Shown piece after piece: positions 38,334-47,154 of a stretch of DNA of 61,188 bases (the first letter of the stretch is position 1; each line of letters opens with the position of its first letter). Origin of the DNA: an uncultured virus (IMG/VR IMGVR_UViG_3300010346_001238) (lineage: Duplodnaviria > Heunggongvirae > Uroviricota > Caudoviricetes); IMG/VR virus record IMGVR_UViG_3300010346_001238, one strand, 5' to 3'. Below the pieces are notes generated by a model. That model did no database searches and was not told where the DNA came from. It saw only the letters and a program-made list of their open reading frames with translations. The position numbers were made by a program, and so were the translations under genes.

Positions 38334-41300
38334 TAACAAAATTAAAAACTAATATCTCAAAGTTTACTCATGTATTTCATATTGCTGATATACAAGTCAG
38401 ACTAAATTCACGCATTGAAGAATATAAAGAAGTATTTGAAATATTATATTCGGAAATAGAAAATTCTCCACCAAATACTGTAGTAGCCATAGTAGGAGAT
38501 ATTTTTCATTCAAAGTGTGATCTATCCCCCGAGTGCGTAGATATGACTGTTGATTTATTTACACGAATATCAGAATTGCGACCTTTAGTTATTGTCTCGG
38601 GAAATCATGATGCCATGCTTTCCAATAAAAGTAGATTGGATAGTTTGACCCCAATTGTTAAAGCACTAAAAAATCCTAATATCTATTATTTGCGAAAAAC
38701 GGGATTATATGGGATAGGAAATATACTGTTTAATAACATGAGTATATTTGATTCTCCTGATAAATACATTAAGGGAAAAGATATACCCGAAGTTTATAGA
38801 AACCAATATGAGCATATTATAGCTTTATTTCATGGTCCGGTAGATCAAGCAGTTTTAGATACTGGATATACAATAACTAATCCGGCAGTTATGCCTCCAA
38901 TGTTTGATGACCATCATTTAGCTTTATTAGGAGATATACATAAACGACAAGACATACAAGAATATTCTTATGAAGAAAATAAACCATTTATTCATTATGT
39001 GGGTTCATTAATACAACAAAATCATGGAGAATCATTAGAAGAACATGGATATTCGTTGTGGGATTTATCTACATATACATATACATTCAAAGAAATCCCC
39101 AATAATTATGGATATTTTACTATTGATATAGTTAAAGGAAAGCTTAGTACGGATTTGGAAAAAATGCCCGCCAAAGTTCGATTGCGTGTTAATTGCCACG
39201 AAACTGTTGCTACAGAAGTTAAACAAGTTATATCTGATCTAAGGACGAAAGCGGATATTATAGATATTTCTTACGAGAGGATCGAACCGGATACAAACAA
39301 GTTAACAACGAATAATATTAGTAAACATATTGTTTTAACAAAATTGACCGATGTTAAACATCAAAACGAGTTAATTAAAAAATATATTACGGAAACTCTT
39401 AAAATTGAAGATGGAGATAAACTAAAACACGTTTTAAAAATCAATAAAGAAATAAATAAATTGATTGATGGTGAAGGATTGCCAAAAAGTTACTTGTGGA
39501 AACCAATTCGGTTCGAGTTTGACAATATGTTTACCTATGGCGAAGGTAATGTTATTGATTTTACTAAAATGAATGGAGTATATGGAATTTTTGGACCAAA
39601 TCGAATTGGAAAATCAAGTATTTTGTCTGCTCTTACATTTTGCTTATTTGATAAATTTGACCGGGGATATAAGGGTTCTCATGTTCTCAATTCGCAAAAA
39701 ACTTCGTTCCGATGTAAACTCGAATTTGAATTGTTGGGGACAAAATATTATATTGAACGTAAGGGTGAGGCAGGAAGGAATGGAAATGTAAAAGTATCGG
39801 TAAGGTTCTGGAAATTCGAAAATGGAGAAGAAATAGAATTGCACGGAGAGGACCGTAGAGATACAAATGAAATTATCCGTTTACATGTTGGAACTTATGA
39901 AGATTTTATTCTGACTGCCGCCTCAATTCAATCTGCCAAAAATTTAACTTCGTTCATTGATATGGGAAATAGTGAGCGGAAAGATTTGCTTGTTAAATTT
40001 ATTGGTCTTAATGTATTTGATAAATTACATGACAAGGGAAATGAAAAATATAGGGAAATTTCTGCAATTCTTAAATCGCATAATGATAGGGATTACGGAG
40101 AAGAATTAAAACAATGTAATGAATCTTTAGAACAGATTAAAACACTATTTGAAGTTCGAGAAAAATTAGTTAATGAATTACAAGAAAAAATTTCAACCAT
40201 AAATGAAAAAATAATTAAAGAAACTTCTAACTATATTAAACTAGAAGAAATATCATCTTCAAGTTTAGAAGAATTACAAGAAAGATTAGAAAAATCTAAG
40301 AATACACTAGAAAAAAAGAAAGATGAAGTTGATAAAAATAAAGAAAAAATAAATAAATTACAATCAGAAATTGAAAAGATTACCGAAAAAATTAATAAAG
40401 TAAATTCTAATTTGATGGAGAGTTATAAAAAATATAAATCGTTATCTAATCAAATACAGAAATTTAAAGGTGAAATGGATCTTAAAAAGGCGGAAATTAA
40501 AGTAAAATTAGAAAAAGTAGAAAAGCTTAAAACACATAGATATAATCGCCAATGTAAATTTTGTGTAGAAAATCCGTTTGTCCAAGATGCATATAAAGCC
40601 AGAGATGAATTGGAAGATGATAAAGTTGAAGTAAATAAAATGATGCAGAAATGGGATGAATTACAATCGCAATTAAAAGAATATGAATGGGCCGAAACTG
40701 CGTACGAAGAACATGCTAATTTATTATCATCCAAGAATAATTTAAAAGATACCCATTCTGAATTATCACAAAAGGATACTAAATTATCCAACGAATTGAA
40801 AAATATTGAATTGTTAATTAAAAAGAATGAAGAAGAAATTGAAATATATAAAAGAAATGAAGAATCTATTAAATCTAATGTAAAAGTTAAAAATAAAATA
40901 AACAAATTAAATTTGGAATTATCTCAGATTAAAATTGATTTAAAGAATGCCAATGGAGCATTGTTGGAAGTATCGAATAAAAAGGGTCAATGTGAATCTG
41001 AAATTAAAAAATTGACCGGATTATTAGAAGAAGTTAAAGGGTTGGAGCAAGATGTCGAATCATATAAATATTATTTATCGGCAGTAAGTCGTGATGGAAT
41101 TCCTTATCAAGTAATTTGCTCAACAGTTCCGGAGATTGAAAAAGAGGTAAATTCTATTCTTAGTCAAGTAGTTGATTTTACTGTGCAATTCGAAACCGAT
41201 GGGAAAAACATTGTCCCATATATTACGTATGATTATGGAAGATGGCCGATTGAATTGTCATCTGGATTTGAAAGATTTGTAGCTTCAATAGTTATACGTG

Positions 41301-41533
41301 TAGCTTTAATGAATATTTCTAATTTATCAAAGCCCAATTTTATTTCTATTGATGAAGGATTTGGAACGTTAGATCCTGATAATTTGGCATCGATGGCTTC
41401 ATTTCTTACATTTTTGAAAAATAATTTTGATTTTGTGCTAATTATTTCACATTTATTTGAATTAAAAGATGCAGTGGATGCGATGATAGAAATAACCCGC
41501 AGCGGGAATTTTAGTCAGGTTAAATATGAGTAA
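38330..41533 (+). CDS. Fused SbcD/Mre11 nuclease - SbcC/Rad50 ATPase (gp47-gp46 fusion)
   Basis: Phosphoesterase motifs 'HIADIQ', 'GDIFH', 'GNHD', 'LGDIH'; Walker A 'GPNRIGKS'; coiled coils with Zn-hook CKFC; 'SSGFE'; 'IDEGFGTLD'; 'ISH'. Confidence 0.92.
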   Translation: MITKLKTNISKFTHVFHIADIQVRLNSRIEEYKEVFEILYSEIENSPPNTVVAIVGDIFHSKCDLSPECVDMTVDLFTRISELRPLVIVSGNHDAMLSNKSRLDSLTPIVKALKNPNIYYLRKTGLYGIGNILFNNMSIFDSPDKYIKGKDIPEVYRNQYEHIIALFHGPVDQAVLDTGYTITNPAVMPPMFDDHHLALLGDIHKRQDIQEYSYEENKPFIHYVGSLIQQNHGESLEEHGYSLWDLSTYTYTFKEIPNNYGYFTIDIVKGKLSTDLEKMPAKVRLRVNCHETVATEVKQVISDLRTKADIIDISYERIEPDTNKLTTNNISKHIVLTKLTDVKHQNELIKKYITETLKIEDGDKLKHVLKINKEINKLIDGEGLPKSYLWKPIRFEFDNMFTYGEGNVIDFTKMNGVYGIFGPNRIGKSSILSALTFCLFDKFDRGYKGSHVLNSQKTSFRCKLEFELLGTKYYIERKGEAGRNGNVKVSVRFWKFENGEEIELHGEDRRDTNEIIRLHVGTYEDFILTAASIQSAKNLTSFIDMGNSERKDLLVKFIGLNVFDKLHDKGNEKYREISAILKSHNDRDYGEELKQCNESLEQIKTLFEVREKLVNELQEKISTINEKIIKETSNYIKLEEISSSSLEELQERLEKSKNTLEKKKDEVDKNKEKINKLQSEIEKITEKINKVNSNLMESYKKYKSLSNQIQKFKGEMDLKKAEIKVKLEKVEKLKTHRYNRQCKFCVENPFVQDAYKARDELEDDKVEVNKMMQKWDELQSQLKEYEWAETAYEEHANLLSSKNNLKDTHSELSQKDTKLSNELKNIELLIKKNEEEIEIYKRNEESIKSNVKVKNKINKLNLELSQIKIDLKNANGALLEVSNKKGQCESEIKKLTGLLEEVKGLEQDVESYKYYLSAVSRDGIPYQVICSTVPEIEKEVNSILSQVVDFTVQFETDGKNIVPYITYDYGRWPIELSSGFERFVASIVIRVALMNISNLSKPNFISIDEGFGTLDPDNLASMASFLTFLKNNFDFVLIISHLFELKDAVDAMIEITRSGNFSQVKYE

Positions 41534-42500
41534 CATTGAACTTAATAAAATTTATGTAGAAGATTGCCTTGATACAATGGCAAAAATGGAAGAAGATATG
41601 ATTGATTTAGTTGTCACTTCTCCTCCATATGATAATTTGAGAAAATATAATGGGTATTCTTTTGATTTTGAATCGATTGCCTGCCAGTTATATCGAGTCA
41701 TGAAGCCGGGCGGAGTGATAGTATGGGTGGTTGGAGATTCAATAGACAAAAATGGATCGGAAAGCCTTACTTCATTCAAACAAGCAATTTATTTTAAAGA
41801 ATGTGGGTTCAATATTCATGATACAATGTTATATAAAAAAGCCGGAATGAGGTTTCCCGAACGAAGAAGATATGCTCAGATTTTTGAGTATATGTTTGTT
41901 ATTTCAAAGGGTTCACCTAAAACTGTAAATATAATTAAAGATCGTCCTAACCGCTGGGCGGGTCATACAAATTGGGGTAGAAATTCGACCCGAGATAATG
42001 AAGGGAACTTGATTAGAGAGAGAAAGAAGAAAGATGGAACGGTAGAAAAATTGAAAGATTGTAAACGATATAAAAAATGGGGTTCCAGAACAAATATATG
42101 GGAGTACGCCAATGGATATGGATTTGGGACAAAGGATACAAAAATAGCATATAAACACCCGGCGACATTCCCCGAACAATTGGTGGAAGATCATATTATT
42201 ACTTGGACCGAAGAGGGGGATATTGTCTATGACCCATTTATGGGAAGTGGAACTACAGCTAAAATGGCAATTTTAACTAATAGAAAATATATTGGAAGTG
42301 AAATTAGCCAAGAATATGTAGATGGCGCATTGCATAGAATATCTAATTTAGTTGCGGGTTCACGTCTTCCAATTATACAGGCAGAGGCCGAAAAAAGATT
42401 AAAAGAAGAAGAAGAACACCTTAAAATGGTTGAAGAGTCGGAGAAAAAATTTTCACTTCAGGGAAAAAAGTGGCAGCCTAAACAGCCCGAAAAGGTTTAA
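41526..42500 (+). CDS. Beta-class N4/N6 DNA methyltransferase (orphan)
   Basis: Motif IV 'TSPPY', 'HPATFP', motif I 'DPFMGSGTT'. Confidence 0.92.
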   Translation: MSNIELNKIYVEDCLDTMAKMEEDMIDLVVTSPPYDNLRKYNGYSFDFESIACQLYRVMKPGGVIVWVVGDSIDKNGSESLTSFKQAIYFKECGFNIHDTMLYKKAGMRFPERRRYAQIFEYMFVISKGSPKTVNIIKDRPNRWAGHTNWGRNSTRDNEGNLIRERKKKDGTVEKLKDCKRYKKWGSRTNIWEYANGYGFGTKDTKIAYKHPATFPEQLVEDHIITWTEEGDIVYDPFMGSGTTAKMAILTNRKYIGSEISQEYVDGALHRISNLVAGSRLPIIQAEAEKRLKEEEEHLKMVEESEKKFSLQGKKWQPKQPEKV

Positions 42501-42506
42501 ACTTTA

Positions 42507-42541
42507 ATATGTATATAGGGTATTTTATCCTATATACATAT
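42507..42541 (+). promoter_or_regulatory. Hairpin overlapping the start codon of the downstream gene
   Basis: Perfect 13-bp inverted repeat ATATGTATATAGG/CCTATATACATAT; the 3' arm includes the A and T of ATG 42540. Confidence 0.65.
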
Positions 42542-44789
42542 GGCAATACAATTACTTTCAAATTTAGGAAAACGAGGAGTTGATCATCAATTGTTCACCA
42601 TGCAGGTGGATATTGATGATACTGCTTTTTTATCCAAATACTTTGATGTTGTAGAATTCGAACCTATATTTACTGCGGGAAAAAATTCGTTTTCATTTAA
42701 TGGAAGCAGTCTATTAAAAGATGGAGCCGAAATTAAAGTACAATGTATTGATTCTAATGGAAATATTTTATATTTAGATTATCCTAAAAGTAGTACACAA
42801 TATACTGATGTAGCTAGATTCGTTGTAGCTATTCATATCTATAATGAAACATATAATGGTGCGGGAAAAATAGCATTGGTAGGAATTACAACAAAAAATG
42901 AAATTGTACGATGGATAGGAAATATTACAATTGATAAAACGTTACAAAATATATCTAAAACTCGATTTCAAACAAAGCCTATTATTGAAGCCCGGTCTTT
43001 ATTATATAATGTAATTTCTAATGACGTGGCTCAAACAGTAAATAAAGTTATAAATTTTAATGGTACGTGCTATTCTAATGCAATAATTCCACAAAAAGAT
43101 ACGATTCGTAAATCTATTAATCCTAAGAAAAGCGGTGTTGACTATCGTTTAACTTTTATTCCAAATAATAGTGATGATGTTCTTCCACACTTATATCCTA
43201 CTAAATCTTTTAATACGCAAATGGAAGGGAAAACAATTGATATTGAAACTCAACTTATACAAACTCCATTTTCGTATAAAGAAATGCAATCTTATAATAC
43301 TGAAACATTTAAGATTAAAAAGGTATTAAATAGTACTACGGTACAATTAGATCGAGCTTTTTTTATTACTGCGGGTAAGGATCAAGTAGTAACAAATATA
43401 AATATAGCAAATTTTAATGCGTCATATAAATGGGTGTCATATAATACTGCTTCATATGATTATAACAAATACACCGATCCGGGAGGTAATGTTACATACC
43501 AAAAAGAGTCATATGCTGAAGTTACGTATCGAAATCTCGGAACTTTTACAGGACTTGTATCTCGGCACAAAGTATATCGGAAGAGCATGTTATATCCTGG
43601 AGATTTTCAATTGTTTATTGATGAACCGATAGGAGCAACTAATTTATTAGTGGACCCAATAACTCCAAATAAAAGTTATAATCTTATAGGGGAATTTTAT
43701 AATCAATGGCATATTAATAAATATTGGTGTACCAGTTCTAATAGTATTGAATTATTGCATTCGGTTTTTCCAAATATTAATTCAATGACAATTAAAAATG
43801 TCGAGGGAAATTTTAATACTGTTGATGGAACGAGTTATGTAATATGTAAAATGGCTGCTCCTGAAGGAAAGGATAATGACCATATTTATCGGCCATATAA
43901 TTTAAAGGAATATAATGAATTATATGGAGAATCTTATAGTTCTAATTTTATAAATTTAAAGTCGGGATCTTTATATGTTTTATCGCTAGATTTAATTGTT
44001 GAAAAATCTCCTGAAGATTTTTCATCAAAGTTAGAATTTTATTTTACAAGTTCAACTAATACCATAGAAAAAGAAAAAACGTATATTCCTACATATGGAT
44101 GGAAATTGGGAGAAATTTCTATTTTAGACAAAACCGATTTAAAAATATTTTCGGATAAACAATATATTTATTTTATTCCTTCCGATGATTATTATGGTAC
44201 TCTTGTTATTGTTCCATATCACTGTAACCCTACATTGTCCGAATTGACTATTGGTGAATATGGTGATTATGGATATTCTCCCGATTCTTTTTCAACTCGA
44301 GTTCCTTTTAAAATAAATGTGGCCAATGAACCGTGGCAAATTAAATCGGAATTATTTGATATAAATTCAAATTTAATATATTCAAATTTGCAAACAGTAC
44401 AATCGTTTGATGAACATGGTGCAAGTTTATTTGTATTTATAGGTCAGAGTAATTATGATCCAGAACATACATCGTTTGTATCGGGAAGTTTGACGGTTTC
44501 ACAAAGTTTCTTTTTGCCCAACATTCCAGGATGTCCCGGAGGAAAATTTCTTTTGGGATGGAGTCCTCCCCAACATTCACCCCCCCAAGATGGAGAGGGC
44601 GGAATATGTTATACTAATATTAGGGATGTAGAAGTGGTGCCCGTTGAAAATGATTATGAGGGAACGAGAGATTATTTAAATGTTATTACAACTAATGGCG
44701 AAGGAAAATCGATTGCAGTTCAATACGGCGAAAATCGTGGAAGAAAAATTTTTGTCGACCTAAATGGTAGTAAAAATGTAATTGTATAA
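42540..44789 (+). CDS. Probable virion structural protein
   Basis: Beta-rich 749 aa protein, 'FTAGKNSF..NGS..LK.G.EI', several [ST]xS motifs. Confidence 0.6.
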   Translation: MAIQLLSNLGKRGVDHQLFTMQVDIDDTAFLSKYFDVVEFEPIFTAGKNSFSFNGSSLLKDGAEIKVQCIDSNGNILYLDYPKSSTQYTDVARFVVAIHIYNETYNGAGKIALVGITTKNEIVRWIGNITIDKTLQNISKTRFQTKPIIEARSLLYNVISNDVAQTVNKVINFNGTCYSNAIIPQKDTIRKSINPKKSGVDYRLTFIPNNSDDVLPHLYPTKSFNTQMEGKTIDIETQLIQTPFSYKEMQSYNTETFKIKKVLNSTTVQLDRAFFITAGKDQVVTNINIANFNASYKWVSYNTASYDYNKYTDPGGNVTYQKESYAEVTYRNLGTFTGLVSRHKVYRKSMLYPGDFQLFIDEPIGATNLLVDPITPNKSYNLIGEFYNQWHINKYWCTSSNSIELLHSVFPNINSMTIKNVEGNFNTVDGTSYVICKMAAPEGKDNDHIYRPYNLKEYNELYGESYSSNFINLKSGSLYVLSLDLIVEKSPEDFSSKLEFYFTSSTNTIEKEKTYIPTYGWKLGEISILDKTDLKIFSDKQYIYFIPSDDYYGTLVIVPYHCNPTLSELTIGEYGDYGYSPDSFSTRVPFKINVANEPWQIKSELFDINSNLIYSNLQTVQSFDEHGASLFVFIGQSNYDPEHTSFVSGSLTVSQSFFLPNIPGCPGGKFLLGWSPPQHSPPQDGEGGICYTNIRDVEVVPVENDYEGTRDYLNVITTNGEGKSIAVQYGENRGRKIFVDLNGSKNVIV

Positions 44790-44830
44790 GTTTAAATTCT
44801 AATATTTATGGATAAATGATAAAATGAGTT

Positions 44831-45469
44831 ATGAAAAGTAATATTGAAATAATAAAAGACTATTTGGCCGGGGTACGTCCGGTTAGTGTTTTTGGATATA
44901 CTGGAAACAAATATATTAAACGAAAAATAGGCGAGAAATGGGCCGATGCAAACGGAATTGAATGGGAACAAACAAAGAATGGTCCGCAAAGAATAAACCG
45001 AATGGCCGAGGCGGTTCGAAAAGCACGAGGAATAGATAAATGTAAAAAGTGCAAATGTGAAATAAGGTGGGGAACAAAAACCGATCAAATTTTATATAGA
45101 AAAACTAAATTATGTACAGATTGTCTCATTGATTATGAAACTAAATTAAGAATTTTAGGAATTTATCCCTATTATGAAGCCATGAAAGTATCTTCAAATG
45201 AATTGGGTTATTTAAAAGATTTAAAAGCAAAGGTTCTTGAAACCATTAAATTTTTTAAAGAAGACAATGGTGACGTTACGATGGTATGCAATTCGGAAGG
45301 ATTTATTGAACGATGGAAAAATACTAATCGTGAACAAATATTACAAAATGCTAAAGAGGATTTAAAATTAATACGAAAACGAATTAAATTATTAAGTCAA
45401 ATTAGAATAGAAAATCAACGAAAGTTTAAGAATGAAGTTAAAAGATTTAAATTAAAATATTATGTCTAA
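44831..45469 (+). CDS. Hypothetical Zn-binding protein upstream of terminase
   Basis: 'RKIGEKW.D..G..WEQ..G', CxxC...CxxC; overlaps the terminase start. Confidence 0.65.
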   Translation: MKSNIEIIKDYLAGVRPVSVFGYTGNKYIKRKIGEKWADANGIEWEQTKNGPQRINRMAEAVRKARGIDKCKKCKCEIRWGTKTDQILYRKTKLCTDCLIDYETKLRILGIYPYYEAMKVSSNELGYLKDLKAKVLETIKFFKEDNGDVTMVCNSEGFIERWKNTNREQILQNAKEDLKLIRKRIKLLSQIRIENQRKFKNEVKRFKLKYYV

Positions 45470-47101
45470 TAAAATTTCCTATCAAGAATTAATTAAGCAA
45501 GAATATAAAAAGTGCATGGATTCCCCCGTGTACTTTATGAAATATTATGTAAAAATTCAACATCCTATTCGTGGTACTATATTATTTGATTTATATAAAT
45601 TTCAAGAAGAAACTTTACAAGCATTTTATGATTATAAAAATAATATTATTTTAAAATCCCGGCAAATGGGGATTTCTACATTAGTTGCGGCTTATTCATT
45701 ATGGTTAATGCTTTTTCACAATGATAAAAAAATACTTCTTATTTCATTGAAACAAGAAGTTGCTAAAGAACTTATTACTAAAGTCCGATTTGCCAATGAA
45801 AATTTACCTACATGGTTAAAAGTAAAATGTATTGAAGATAACAGGTTATCATTAAAATTTGTTAATGGTTCTCAAATTAATGCATCTTCAACTACTAAAA
45901 AATCGGGAGTTAGCCATGCGTTGTCTCTTCTTATTATTGACGAAGCTGCGTTAATTGATGATGCCGAAGAATTGTGGACTTCTGCGCAGCCTGCCCTATC
46001 GACTGGAGGTAACATAATTATACTTTCCACTCCACGAGGAATTGGTAATTGGTTCCATAAGATGTGGGTAGGAGCCGAGGAGGGGGTTGAAAATGGAGTG
46101 GGAAAAAATACATTTCATCCTATTAATTTGCCGTGGCATTTACATCCGGACCGTGATGAAGAATGGCGGCGAGTTGAAGGAGAAAAGCAAGGGAGTGCAA
46201 AAAAGGCTGCTCAAGAATTCGATTGTGACTTTTTAGCATCAGGAGATAGTGTTGTCGATTTAACTATTATAGAATTTTATAAGAAAAATAAAGTTAGGGA
46301 CCCAATAGAAGTTAGAGGATCGGACCGGGGACTATGGATTTGGGAATATCCCGACTTTACCCGTTCATACATTGTTAGCGCCGACGTGGCTCGGGGAGAC
46401 GGAGAGGACTTTGCAGCGTGCCATGTATTAGATATTACTGGGGGATCTCCTACACAAGTAGCAGAATACAAAGGAAGCTTAGGAACTAAAGAATTTGGTA
46501 ATTTTTTGGTAGAATTGGCAACAATGTATAATGATGCATTATTGGTTGTTGAACGAGAAAGTTATGGGTGGGCTTCTTTACAACAAATTATAGATAGAGA
46601 ATATAAAAATACTTTTTATAGTTCTGCTGATTTAAAATATGTAGATGTTCAACGACAATTAACTAATCGAATTTATTCTGAAGAAAAGAAAAGGTTCCGG
46701 GATTTAGTACTAACTTAAAAACTCGTCCTTTAATTATAGATAATTTAGCTCATTATTTTAGAGATATGGCTGTAGAAATACGTTCTAAAAGAACTTGTGC
46801 TGAATTAGAAACATTTATTTGGAAGAATAATAAGGCAGTAGCTATGGAAGGATATAATGATGATTTAGTAATGTCTTTAGCTATTGGATTGTGGATTCGA
46901 GATACTGCTTTAAGGCTTCGCCAAGAAGGAATGGACCTAATCAGATCCACATTAGATAAAATGTATATGAATAAAATGGACCAAACTCCTTTTTATAAAA
47001 CTAGATTGAGGCAAGTGGGGTCAGAACAATGGACCATGAAAACTGGCCAACAAGGAACAGGAAATCAAAACGTTGAAGATTTACAGTGGCTTCTGGGATA
47101 A
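45462..47101 (+). CDS. terL: Terminase large subunit (T4 gp17-like), split by a -1 frameshift near 46690
   Basis: 'LKSRQMGIST', 'LIIDEAA', 'STPRG', 'QEFDCDF', nuclease 'SADVARG'. The -1 frame continues VPGFSTNLKTRPLII into ORF 46766-47101, which has 'GYNDDLVMS'. Confidence 0.9.
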
Positions 47102-47154
47102 TTTATCATATTTATAACAAGAAGTTATAATTAAAATAAATAAAAATAGATAGT

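Noticed and set aside
41526..42500. Restriction-modification system
   Set aside because: No adjacent cognate restriction endonuclease; treated as an orphan methylase.
44831..45469. Terminase small subunit call
   Set aside because: The position fits but I recognise no supporting motif, so it is left hypothetical.
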